DNA from: the human T2T-CHM13v2.0 reference genome, Homo sapiens
Strand: one strand, 5' to 3'
Assembly (NCBI RefSeq): GCF_009914755.1
Contig: NC_060929.1
Length of the DNA: 64,000 nucleotides
The first letter of the stretch is position 1. The number at the start of each line of letters is the position of its first letter. The position numbers and the translations under genes were made by a program. This document shows, in pieces, positions 38,031 through 51,400 of this stretch. The notes below the pieces were generated by a model, which saw nothing but the letters and a program-made list of their open reading frames with translations, ran no database searches and was not told the origin of the DNA.

Positions 38031-41000
38031 TTGTATATTTTCCCATATGGAAGCTCACTGTCAGACCACAGGTTTCCGTGTGTAGACTGAAAGGGCCCAA
38101 AAGTTTTTCATCTTTTCCTTTTTCTGCTGTTTAAAACTTCTCTTTCCTTGTGTTTGTTAAGAGATTTTCACTTGATGCATCTTTGTGAAGTCAAAGCCCC
38201 TACATGGTCTGTAAATAGAATCATTCTATATGTTAAGATTATAAGATTAAACAGGAAACAAAACATGGACTCAAAAACTCCTCCAGATTTAAAATGTGGA
38301 AGCTTCAGGACACCCTTGCTATGATTTCTTCCTTTGCTGCTTAAAAGTTCCATCCCAATGGTTGCAATTGTCAGATTTGACCTCCAAATGAGAGGAAAAC
38401 TGGTATCATTCCCAAAACTCTGCTAAAGAGGTCTTGGGGTAATTTGAAGGAATGAAGGCTGTTTGTTCATTTGTTTGCAATCATCTTTTTCTATCCATTG
38501 GTGATTTTCTTTTCTGAAATGCTCATTTTTTATTCGCCTGGGTCACAGAAATATTGTTGGAAAATCTTTTACACTAACTCTCCGCATGTTTGAAACATAA
38601 CGGTATGCTTCAACTCAGCCATTTGAATTTCTCCTTCCCATTTTTCCCAAACGCTTTGGACAGTTTTAAAGACTCCAGAAGCATTTGTAGCCAGCTCAGT
38701 TCCTGGGAAAATGATTCAACTGAATGAACTAAAAATAAGGCCATTGTATTTAGCCAAGACCTTGCAGAGAGATTCTGGAGCAGGTACCAGCCACCTTTTG
38801 CAGAGCTCAGCTAAGGGCACAAGAGGTCCGCTTTGCCTTCTGTGGCTGGAAGAGCTGTGCCTGACTTCTCTACGCTGTCTCCATAGTTCTCACCTTTCCA
38901 ACCTGTCAATCTGGTGCCATTCAGTGATTACTAAATATACAAACAACAACGACTAAAAAAATCAAATACAACAAAAATAGTATTTGCCCAGTAAGGAAGA
39001 TGGTAATAAGTAGAATATAGACATATCATCACTGATTGCTTCCAGTTTAATGGAAATATTTTTGTTTCAGCAACTTGAGTTATGTAGATATCCATGATTG
39101 TGATTGCCATATACAAAAACAATAATGAAAGGTTTTTTTTTTTAGCATTCTTTCAGGCGTATAATCAAAACTAAGTAGTTTTAAGGAGATTGCTTTAAAG
39201 CATAATTTCTTTCTTCCAATCATTTAAATACATTAAAGATTTTCTCATGACTTTTTAAAAAATATTTTAATCCTCCATTTTTAGGTTTCCAATTAATTCA
39301 AGGATTTTTTTTTCAATAAAAGCATATTTCTGAAAGACCTCAATTATTTGCTCTTCCTAAATGTTTTCCATTGCAAGGATTAGAGGTGATAAATCACATT
39401 CAGTTTATCTCCTACGGTTTCTTCTAGCACGTTGTCAACTCCCCTCTCACCCTCATGTGCACACCCCCTGCATAGTAACTGCATATGGGACAGTGTAAAG
39501 GCTGTGGGATAAGTGACACTATTAGCACAGTGTGGTGGCTTTGATGTGTAGCTCTCGGCAGGGTTGCCAGAAGAGTGACAGACTCCTGCTCTAATGCAAA
39601 GACTATTTCTCATTTACTCGCTTCACTTCTAATAGTCTTATATTACCATTAGTGGCACAAAGCAGACAGACAGCATGGCTGAAAAATCTCACATCCATGG
39701 ATTAGCTTATTACTTTGAGAGCCAGCTTTCTGTATGCAATAAGCCCTTTTTTGAACAGAAATAAAGAAAAATATTCAAAAGTAGAATAGGTATCAAAATG
39801 AGGCCAATCATTTTTATTTTAATTCAAATGAAAACAGTGTTACTTCCCACACCACCACCGCCACCCCCACCCCAAGTCCAGGAGCAGGGGTGTGGAAACT
39901 CGATTTTTCTGTGCAGTTTCTAAGGCAAAAGCTTTCCTAGTCTCCCTGCATGTGCTAGTGTTTCACAAATTTAGTTTTGCCAGTTTCTAAGCCTTGAGCA
40001 AAATGCTGTTCCCAAACAAGAACAAAAAAAATTAATGAATAATTTTTTTACCTAAAAATGAACCATATTAATGTTTGAAAATTGGAAGAAAGAAAAGAGG
40101 GGGGATCAGAGGCACCTCAAAAATAGTGTGGTTTTTGTTCTGTGAATGAAGGAGGAGTTAACCAATGAGCAGTTAACCAGTAGGTTTAAAGCAGAAGCCA
40201 AACTAGCTATAAATGGGGGAAAATTTTATGTGTCAGAAAGCTGTTAAAGGGGACTTAAAAGAACAAAAAGTACCATTTGTTCCCCTAATTAACTTTGAAG
40301 AGTCTAATTAAGGGCAACATAAAAGTCTAAGAAATGCTGGTTATTAGGCATGTACTTTAACTTGATCAGTAAGAGGGTATTCTTGTAAACAAAGATGCTA
40401 ATTTCACCCAGCCCAAAATAAACCTCTCTGCAAATATCTCACAACATAATCATGCAGTACCTTGGGAGCAGAATTCCTATCTCGTGCAGCCTGCTTTTTG
40501 AGGTTACTAATCTAGGTATTAATGGCACTCAATTTAAAGATGCGATGGAGGATTAAAAAGCATTCTGATAATTTGGTCTGAATATGGCCACTTGTCTCCT
40601 TAGAGTGTTATCACGTATTTAACTTGGCCTGAGCAGCTCTAAGAATTGACCATTTCAGTCACAAGGAGGTAGAACTGCATCTCTAAAATAGAGACAAGCA
40701 GGAAAAAGTTAAAGAGCATTTATATCTGATTAAAACATTACATCAGTACTATTCAAGGTTAAGTTAGGCTTTGCTATTGCCTCAAAAATACCATTTAAGT
40801 TTTAGTTTTAACACTCAAATAGTATTTCTTTTTAGAAAAGGAACCTATCGGTAACATAAAAATAGTCATAATATTAGAATAATAAGATTATAAAATTATG
40901 TTTTTATCTAGTTTCACTTTAGTTGCTTTAAGTGAAGTGAACACTCATTCCAGAGCTAACAACCCCGACTTCTGGGAACTTTCTTCATGTTTTGATTCAG

Positions 41001-42843
41001 TGATAATCACTGTCTTCAACTGGGGAAACACAGATAAAGGTATTTTCTGAGTTCTTCACAGGGATGCTATAATGAGACCATTTTAAAGAGCTTTGCATTT
41101 CTTGTGATAAAGATATTATGATTTGTATTATTGTCAACACCAATACTAAGCCCAGGAGTGCATGAAGGTAGACAATTGTGGTTTAATGATATAATCACAC
41201 CAAATGGTATTCCCAATCTGATTTAGTTTTGAATTAGCCGTAGCCTGCAATAGCTAGTGCAGCTTTACAATTGACGTACTATTAAAATCAACTCCATAGC
41301 TTACAGCTAGGAAAAAGAATGCCTTCTATGAAGCTTTGAGACTTTGGTTCTAAAATCAGTACTCAAAAGAACAGCTTTCAAATAAAAGGACAGTGTCTAA
41401 CAGCCTTGAGATGAAGGATTACAGATTATAAATAGAATAAGTTTTAAAAATATATTTTGGCATACAGATACTTCTGAGGATGTTTCCCTGCTGGACTCTG
41501 TACAGTGGACTGGTTGTACTTAAACTGAAAGAACTTACAGGGAAGGCTACACTGCTTAGGGTCTCAATCTTGATACTCTTGCCTCTGGAGAAACAATCCA
41601 ATGTAGACATTACAGACAAGAAAAATGAAACAGAGTCCAAATGGAAGAGTTACAGAAAATTAAGCACCTTAGACTTAGCAATAGACTGGTTCAAACTTTC
41701 TGAACCAGTAATGCCCTTAGCTGCCATTTCCATCAATATAAACCAGTATGTATACTCTATACTGTGTGCAAAACACTGAACTATTTTAAGAATAGCAAAG
41801 AAGAGGGTAGAACACTGATAGGAACCAAGTAAGTATTCACATAACAGAATCATAGAATCACTTTATTTAAGCCCAAACCCTTTAGCTCAGCCTTGAAATT
41901 AATATTCAGAAAATACTGGGCCCATGAAAATTCAATTACACTGCTCCAAACCACAATTATACTGTCTGAAAGTGTTGGTACTACTGCTTTTCACCCAGCC
42001 ATTCCATTCCCTTCTACTGTAGTTCCTTCACCATTTAGGTAAGAGAATATCATCATCTCCCAGAAGAAAATGCAGAAACTTGTTTTAAGTGTACCAAATC
42101 CCTTGAAAGAAATAGTTAAGAATGAAGGGAAGAAACCATTTCAGATCCACTGTCAAATGTATTTACACACTTCCTGAGATCTTATAAGCTCTGATCATAT
42201 CTTTTATCTTCATATTCCTAATCAATCAGTGAGAGGAATTATCCCCAATAAAGGCAATGGAGACAAGAATCATTTTTTCCTGTGAAAAGGAGTAGAATAT
42301 GAATATTCTATATATCTTTGATTAGAATATTCCTCTCTGATGTGACCATGACTGTCCCATCATATTTTATTGCTACAATGACTCTGTGCCTTCTGATGTG
42401 CCCAAGGACTCGATGTGTCTTTACCTGCAGCAAGAGACTAATTTAGTGCTAATCGCTCAGTGTTGTCATCAAACAGTCAGTGTTGTCTGCAACACCTCAC
42501 TACCTGTATGCAGCTTTGGGTAGGAATGCTTAATCTTCACATACATCCATTTATTGGCCTTTTAATTCATTTATATACCTTCTTTACTTTCCACCTTAGC
42601 CAAGTTAACATCATCAAGACAAAAATGACCCATTACTGAGAACACTGTAAGAGTTGTCCTATATGTAATATATGGATCATTCTTCACTCCTTTCTCAATT
42701 AGAAAGTTTAGGGAGGAAATAGAGAAAAAAAAAATTCAAAGGTTGAGAAGTATGTAAGTCTGTATTCTGAATCTCTTTTTGAATGGAATAAGTACCCATG
42801 CCTACATTTTCTCAAAACACCCTTAGAAAACTTAATGTGTGGG

Positions 42844-42984
42844 GGCCTGGCACGGTGGCTCAGGCCTGTAATCCCAGCACTTTGAAAGGCCAAGGCAGGT
42901 AGATCTCTCGAGGTGAGGAGTTCAAGACCAACCTGAACAAAATGGTGAAACCCCATCTCTCTTCCTCTCTCTCTCTCTGTATAT

Positions 42985-43018
<34 letters not shown>

Positions 43019-43185
43019 AAAAATTAGTTGAGCATGGTGGCACACACCTGTAGTCCCAGCTACTCAGGAGGCTGAGGCAGGAGAATTGCTTGAACCTGGG
43101 AGGTGTAGGTTGCAGAGCTGAGACAGACCACTGCACTCCAGCCTGGGCCACAGAGCGGGCTCATCTCAAAAATAAAAGAGAAGAA
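42844..43185 (+). mobile_element. AluS-type SINE with an internal (TC)n/(GT)n microsatellite
   Basis: Full dimer. The middle linker is replaced by a microsatellite at 42956-43017. TSD core AGAAAACTTA at 42825-42834 and 43186-43195. Confidence 0.93.
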
Positions 43186-43848
43186 AGAAAACTTATGCTT
43201 ATGCACGTGAAGAAGCAACTCCCTGCCTCCCTGGCCTCAGCCTTGTCAGAGTTTAGATGGTTAAATGACAGATCATGGAACAAAACTGACTATTCTTCTC
43301 CATATCAAAAGGAAACCAGGCATGTTTCAAAGCCTTATGAAAAGCCAACCTGTTTCTCATGGTTATCTTACCCAGCTTTGGGCCAAGTCTCAACAAGAAC
43401 AGGAGCCCAGACACAGTCTCTTCAATTTTGAGTTTTTCCCTTCAAAGATGCATTTCCCACAGGTGGCATTTTAATGAGTACTTCACAGAATTCCACATCT
43501 GTGTTGAGTGGGCCTGATATTTCTCCCCAAATAATTTTTTTAACCTCATATTCAGATGAGCCAAAGTTTGGTCTTCAGAATTGAATACCCACATCTACTC
43601 TGCTTGATACTTGGATGAGTGGAATGCTTTATCCAGATGTTCTATCCAGACTAATTTTGTAGTCAGGCACAATGAATGATGACAAAAATAATTCAGCAAG
43701 ATACAACAGTATGTGGGTCAGTGATTTGAAATAGAGTCACAGACACTCACATCCATAGGTAGCAACCTGTTTCTTTCCATCAGTGGAAAAGGAATTGCTG
43801 GTAAGAACATGGTTTATCAAATATAAGAATAACACTGCATACCCACTT

Positions 43849-45456
43849 TATTTTTAAGACATAATTTTTTAGAAGTTTTAAATTTATAGCAACAGTGAGA
43901 GGAGGTACAGAGATATCCCATATTTCCCCTACCCCCACACATGTATAGCATCCCTTATTATTCACATCACCCACAAGAGTGGTACATTTATTGCAATTGA
44001 TACATCATTATCACTCAAAGTTCAGAGTTTGTATTAGGGCTCACACTTGGTGTTGTATGTTCTATGGGTTTAGAAGAATGTGTAATTACATGTATCCACT
44101 CATTACAATATCACATTGAGTATTTTCACTGCCCTAAAAATCCTTCGTGCTCTAGCTACTCATCCCTCTCACCCTACTAACTCTTAGCAACCACTGGTCT
44201 TTTTACTGTTTCCATAGTTTTGCCTTTTCTAGAATGTAATACAGTTAGAATCATAGTGTAGCCTTTTCCGATTGGCTTCTTTCACATAGTGATATATATT
44301 AAGGTTTCTTTCACGTCTTTCCATGGCTTATAGCGCATTTCTTCTTAGCATTGAAAAGTATTCCATTATCTAGATATACCACAATCTATTTACCCATTCA
44401 CTTACTGAAGGACATCTTGGTTGCTTCCAAGTTTGGGCACTTATGAATGAAGTTGATATAAACATCCATGTGCAAGCTTTTGTGTGGAAATCAGTTTTTA
44501 ACTCCTTTGGGTAAAAACCAAGGAGTGCAATTGCTGGATCATATGATAAGGGTATGTTTAGTTGTTTATAAAGCTGCCAAACTGTCTTCCAAAGTGGCTG
44601 CGCTGTTTTGCATTCCCACCAGCAACGAATGAGAGTTCCTGTTGTTCCATATCCTCACCTCACTATTTGGTGCTGTCAGTGTTCTGATAATGGGATTTTG
44701 TCCATTCTGATAGATATGTTGTGGTATCTCATTTTAATTTGCATTTCCCAGATGACATATATAATGTGAAGCATTTTTTCATATGCTTATTTGGCATCTG
44801 TATATCTTTCTTAGTGAGGTATCTGTTGAGGCCTTTGGCCTATTGTTGGTTTTTTTTTTTAATTGTTGAGTTTTAAGAGTTTTTTTGTATATTTTGGATA
44901 ATAGCTATTTATCAGATATGTCTTTCGCAAATATCTTCTCCCAGTCTTTGGCTTGTCTTTTTATTCTCTTGACAGTGTCTTTTACAGAGCAGAAAACTTT
45001 AATTTTAATATAGTCCAACTTACCAATTGTTTCTTTCATGGATCATGCCTTTAGCATTGTATCTAAAAAGTCATTGTCAAACCCAAGATCATCTAGATTT
45101 TCTCCTATGTTAGCTTCTAGGAATTTTATAATTTTGCATTATACACTTATGTCTGTGATCCGTTTTGACTTAATTTTTGGGAAGAGTGTAAGATCTATAC
45201 CTAGATGTATTTTTTTTGCATGTGGATGGATGTCCAGTTATCCCAGAACAATTTATTAAAAGACTCTTTTCTCTATTGTATTGCCTTTGCTCCTTTGTCA
45301 AAGATCAGTTGACTACATTTCTGTGGGCCTGCTTCTAGGCTCTTTATTCTGTTCCATTTATCTATTTGTCTATTCTTTCACCAATACCACACTATTTTGA
45401 TTAATGTAGCTTTGTGGTAAGTCTTGAAGTCAGATAGTGTCTGTTCTTCAACTTTT
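43849..45456 (-). mobile_element. L1MC1-like LINE-1 3' 1.6 kb
   Basis: The 3'UTR 'cccccacacatgtatagc...gagtggtacattt...ttcactgccctaaaaatcc' is followed by antisense ORF2-end motifs such as 'ttgcattcccaccagcaacgaatgagagttcc'. Confidence 0.88.
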
Positions 45457-46189
45457 TATGCAGCACATACTTCAAGGCTTTCACACAGATGAAGTGATGG
45501 ATCTATACCAATAAATGCAAACTCCGCTTCCTAGTCTCCAGTGTGAACCAATCACCTCTATCCAGGATGAGCAGCAGAGCGTTGAAATCCATTTGCAGAT
45601 ATGGATAGAGAGGAAGTAATTCAATCTCAGGACTATAGAGTTGGAGTCGTTAAGAAAATCTAATTCACTCAGGGGATTCTAACTAATGCACTGAGCTAAC
45701 CACTTGGACAAGGGAAAGAGTGGTACTGGAAAAATGTGGGTGGCCCAACATAGTTTTTTGGTAATATTTATTATATATCAACCATTCATACTGACACATC
45801 CCTAAAAAATAGTCTTAAAAAGTATGCTGAAGGCGAATCTAAATTATACAAATGAAAAGAAAAGAAAATGCTAAAGATAAAAGTGCAAATTACACGCCAT
45901 ATCCTAAAAGCTATTCATTATTAGCATTGTGAAATACCTGAAAACATTTGTGATTTCTGTATGACTTGTTTTATTTTTTAACAAAAATTCTGCGTTGGTG
46001 TTAAACAGATTTTCAACCCTCAACAAACCAGATGGCTAATCCAAAATTATTACATGAAATATGAATAGGAAACTAAGAACTGTACTCTGCAGAAAGATAA
46101 TGAGAATTTTTCAGCATTTACATTTTTACCAAATAAATTATATTTCTATTTCATTGGGATCTACTTCGGAATTATAACAAATAGTCTCA

Positions 46190-46310
46190 GTGATAATTAC
46201 CAAATGTCTATATTTAGGGAAAACTAGCACATGTGTATCATAAATAATAGCACAAATTGATATTTCTGAATTGCCTGTTTTTCTAGATATAGACATTTGG
46301 TAATTATCAC
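46190..46310. repeat. Perfect 24-bp inverted repeat with 73-bp spacer
   Basis: GTGATAATTACCAAATGTCTATAT (46190-46213) and ATATAGACATTTGGTAATTATCAC (46287-46310). Confidence 0.97.
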
Positions 46311-47715
46311 CAGAGTTGGCATGTAAAGAGGTGTTTAGACAATTTTAAAAATTCATATTGCTTACTCAATAGACCATGCACTAATTATACTCTGCAATGA
46401 AAATCTATATTCAGGTGTGTTATAATAAGGTAAGATCTTGACCCAATAGGTAATAAAGGAAAAGTATATACTTTGGCTTAATGAGTATAATCACTTCACT
46501 TTAGGACTACCTACAACAGCTGTCTGTGACTGACAAATCACTTGCTAATCTAATAGTGGTCCCAAGGTGAAATAACTTTGACCTTAAAACTAAAATGTTT
46601 ATTTCCCAAATATTATTTTTGTACCTTGGCACAAAGAAGTTCATTAATTCTGCATCACTTTGTCTGTCTCCTGCAGCTTTTAGTTTTGACTTATTGACTG
46701 ATTGGCAAAGAGTAACTGCCAACAGAGAAAGGTTTAGCACAACTTGGCCAGAAAAGGCCTGCTTTTGGCTCCTTCCCTACTAGAACTCATGTTTGTGGAA
46801 GTGTGTCTTCCCCACCCCCACCCCGCCCAGGTAATATTCAGGCAGTATGCAGAGAACAAATACAGGCAACAGATGGAATATTTGCTTGGTCCCAACCACC
46901 TTAGTGTCTGGCCAATTCTTGGCAAATATTACTTTCAGAACATAGGGAGGTATGTGAAACACCATCAGCCATTACCAGGTGACACTGACAACAGTGATGT
47001 CAGCTGTGACTTGGGCAATGGGGAGGACCAACTGGCTGGCAGCAATGAGAAGTTACTAAATTAAAGCTATCTTGCTCATTGCTGCCATGAGAAAGTGATA
47101 CAGCTCAGTGGGCTGCTAATGAGAAGCAAAAGAAGAATATAAAGGCAATGCCAAGAGGTACAAGAAAAGGAAGAAAGATAATTATGAGTCAGAATTTAAG
47201 CTTCAACTAAAATGCGAATTCAACAGCCATAAGAAAAAAGAAATAGGCTAGTTTGCACTGACTAATAGGAATTTAACAATAAGCATGAGATGCTGAGGAG
47301 ATGAATAGCATAGCAAAATAGGTAGAATTAAAAAAAAGACAAGATCATGCATAGAAATTTAGTTAGTATCACAATTCAACAAAATATGAAAACAAACTCT
47401 GCTAGGAAAAGTTGGTATGATGAGGTGTTTGCTGGTTCTTGGAAGGTTTCTGAAAATTGGATACAATTTTTCTAGATTAAATATCTTTAATTACTAGCTC
47501 AGCCTAGATGATGAAATGAACATATTATATAATTAAATGATGGTTCTCTTCTTTGTCGCACACAAATTCACAGGCCCATTGATCCCATCAGTCCTTTCAC
47601 ATCTTTTTCTCTGTTGTTGCAGCTCTTAATAAATGATACCTTGTGAGACCTAGTATAATTATCTCATATTCTGGCCGGGGTCATTAGAGCTCACCTATTA
47701 TTTCATATGCTCCCT

Positions 47716-48145
47716 GGTAATGGTTTTTGTGATGTGTCATTTTGGCAACTTGGGTTAGTGTTCAATCAAACATTATGCTAGGTGTTGCTGTGAAGAGAGT
47801 TTGTAGATATAATTAAAAGTGCGTCATCATTTGACTTTACATAAGGAAGATTATCTTGGCTAATTTGGGTAGGCCTGATGAAAAGCAAAGCTGAGATTTC
47901 CCTGAGAGGAAGAGAAAAAAAAAAAAAAGTCCTGTTGATAACCGCCGTAGGCTATGGTGCAAATGCCCAAAGTACCTATGAGTTTCAGCCTACTTGTAGT
48001 CTCCCCTTCCTGGTGGCCTGCTTTGTGGGTTTCAGCCTTGCATATCCAGCTCCCACAACTGCGTAAACCCGCTTCTTGTAATAAATCTCTTAATATATAC
48101 ATCTCCTGCTGGTTCTGCTTCTGTGGCTTAATCCTAACTCATACA
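47716..48145 (+). mobile_element. MLT2 (ERVL) solo LTR, MLT2D-like
   Basis: 'tcaaacattatgctaggtgttgctgtgaag...aataaatctc...ctggttctgcttctg...ataca'. Flanks TCCCT/TCCCA look like a TSD. Confidence 0.8.
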
Positions 48146-48490
48146 TCCCACTAAATTTTCCAGGCTCCCTTGGGTAGGTGAAAGCTATGTGACTAGTTTG
48201 GCACATGGACTAAGAGATGAGAATGAATGCACAGCTAAAATCAAAGCTGGCGTGCCTCCTTTGTCTCTTCTTCAGTGACAAGCCTGAAGACCGTGAGTTA
48301 AGATCATAGAGCCACAGACCAGAAGCAGCCTGCATCCCTGAATCCCAGTACGGAATAAAGTGTCACCTGAACTGCTTCAGACTTTGTGGGAATGAGAAAC
48401 AAACCTTCCTTTTAGTAAGCCTCATATTTGTTAATTTTATATTTCAGGGTTTATTTATTAGTTCAGTATAGCCAGTCTTGTCACATTTTA
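48146..48490 (+). mobile_element. MLT1 (J/K-like) LTR, host of the MLT2 insertion
   Basis: 'gctatgtgactagttt', 'gaagcagcctgcatccctgaatc', 'aatgagaaacaaacctt'. Confidence 0.65.
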
Positions 48491-51400
48491 CGGAAATATT
48501 CTTGACTTTCTTTCTGAAATGTCTGGTTAAATGTTTATAGACAATTTAATAGACATGTAATGTGTTTGTTAAATGTCTGCACACATAGAGAATAATCAGA
48601 AACTCACTGGACACATTTTTGTCTTTAGTTATGACAAAGTACACTCCCATAGGATGATCAGAAGCTTCCTTTTCATGGGCAATACTGTAAGCTAAAAACA
48701 AGACAGGTAGAAAACAGTAATGGGTCAAAAACATGAGCACTGATTATGCTGACTACACTATTAACAAGACTTTGGTTGCTTTATAAAATCAAACTCCATG
48801 CTTGTTTTTTCTTAGCTCCACTGCAGTCCACTCTTATAATCTGAAGAGGCTCCTATGATCAGAGTCAAAGATATAAATGCTAGGATGCCACAAAAATGAG
48901 GAAGAAGAAACACCCTGTTAGCAATGTCCAGGTGTGACAAAATAAACTGCAACAATAAACTGGAGGGCTAGTTGATGCAAAAAATAATCTGACTCTTCAA
49001 TCTTATTGGGCCTTTATTTATGTGGTTGAGTTTGTGATGAATAGTTTCAGGATAGGCACCTTGACTTGTCTACAGTGCTACAATCCCACCTAAGAGTTAC
49101 AGATGGTCTCTTTATGCAGACCATTATTTCTTTAATTACTCTCCTTAATACATTTTATTTATTAAGACAGAAAATGTTAAGAAGCTTCTGTGTTTTTTAA
49201 TTTAAAACAACATTGTTAAGATTGTTTTAATTAAATACTGTTCTAAATTAATTACACACATATACAAAGAAGAGGGTAAGAACACTAAAACTTTCACAAT
49301 GATGGAATAAAAAGTGATTTAAAATTTTTCTATCTTCTAACTTTTCTATCTGATGTTAATTATAACTTACTCTTATCCATTTGTTTAAAAATAAAAATTT
49401 TTAAACAATTTTTCCAAAAAGAAGATGGATTGTTTTAACTCAGGAAAAAATTTACAATGTAATCAAAAACTAAATTAATTAATTATAGAATATTAAGCAT
49501 TGCAAAAGATTATAATAACATTATAAGTACAAGATCTTAAATGTATGATAACACTCACTTTTCATATGACTTTCCATCTAAATTCACAGCATTTAGATGA
49601 TTAACAAGTGCCTTTTCCATAGAGTTATCAAAAGTAACTTTTAAATGAACATTCAATCTTTCCCTAGAAACTAAATGATTGCTCGATGCAGTAAAATCTA
49701 AATCTGAATGCACGGTTCTCATTTTAACAAACATGTACTCAGGTTTCTTAGTGGATTTTATTTTTAAACAAATGGATAGGAGTAAATTATAATTAACATC
49801 AAATGCTCTTTATGTTACAAGATGCTACTAAATGCATAAGTATGCTTGAAACACTTTATTTCTAGTCAATACAAGCATTATATTCATCTACAAAATTTAT
49901 AAATACTATTAGCTCACAATATCTCTTGCTAAGCAAAGGTCAACATAATCTAGTCTGCATCCAATTGATCATGAGTTCTTGATTTGCAGGGACTAATTAG
50001 TGTGTCTTAATTATTACCCAATTCTGCTACCATCATCACATTTATATTACTGCTACATTTCTCACTATTTTTCTTGGCAATATCCTTAATTTCCCAATTC
50101 TATTTTATTAGTTTTAATTATGTCATAGAAATTATCTCTAACCTACATATGCATGTTATTCTTTTTCATTTGCCATACTTGCCAATAATTGATCTTGGCT
50201 GTTCTCTATTTTATAATCTTCACCAATTATGAGGTTGATAGGGATTTATCTTCATGTATGCAGAACTGGCAAAAAAACATAGATATATACTTATGTACAC
50301 ACATATAAATTCATTTTAGAAACCAGCTGACAAAGTTGAACGTGGTTAGTGACTTGTTAAGCTTTAGAAGCGTTCAACCTTAGAAACTGAGGGGCAATGG
50401 AATACAAAATTACTTTTGGTTCATTTGAAGTTTTAAAGTCCCTGAAAGTTGAAAGGAAAAGGAACCTCCTGACAATTACTGTCTGAACTGTTTTTCTCTT
50501 GTTTTTGCCTAAATTTGGTGACTCTTTCCTTTTCTCCTTTCACCCTTCATTATCCACCAACATCAAAATACTAAAATGTTACTTTTTCTATGTCGAGGTA
50601 TCAGTCTAAGGACCAAATATAGTCCCGGTCTAACCTGTTTTTACCAAAGGCTTCATAATGTTTTTGAGGTGTTTTGTAGGCTAGTTTTTGGGTTTGTTTA
50701 TTTTAAAAAAAAAACTCTTTAATGTTTTTCAGAAGATAAGTAAACAAGAACAATTATACCTTTTTCTTAATGAACGGAAAGAATCAAGGGTGTCCCTAAG
50801 GCTGTGGTGAATATAGGAGCAACTGAGGTGAGGGCCAGGGGGCTGTCTCCCGCTAAGGTATCATTGTGGTTTTGCTGTAGAAGTCCAGGAAAATAAATGC
50901 TTTCTGTATCTTAATAAATGTAGCCATGTCATCCCTACCATAAACATGTGTACAGCCCTGCCACCAGAGAAAAACTACAGAATTAATGACTTTTAGGTGT
51001 CTATCTACTCACCTAGATCCCAAAACTCTGACCACAGTACCCGCAACCCCATAAGTGGCTTTTGAATTTGGAAAGCTACATATATTCTCATCCTTATATA
51101 CAACGATTGTACAGAAATACAGCGAAAACAGCACGATGACATTTTCAATGAACACTTTCCCAAAATACCAACTATTTGCTGTCCTAAGACCTGTTTGGCA
51201 AGAGAGATAAATATAAAAATACAAATAAACATACAAATAAAACACAGAACTTAGCTTCTTAGCTTTGGGGAAGACAGAGAGAAATCATATTCATCATGTG
51301 TGGCTGGAACAAATGTAGTCAACATTTATTTAACTGCTAAAAAAATTATCTAGTCATAGTATTGAAGCTTCTTCACGTTTATTTTTTGGTCCCACGAAGC

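Noticed and set aside
42708-43431. Longest ORFs in the track (147 aa minus, 113 aa plus)
   Set aside because: They are Alu and microsatellite translations (THTHTH, '[16 protein letters not shown]').
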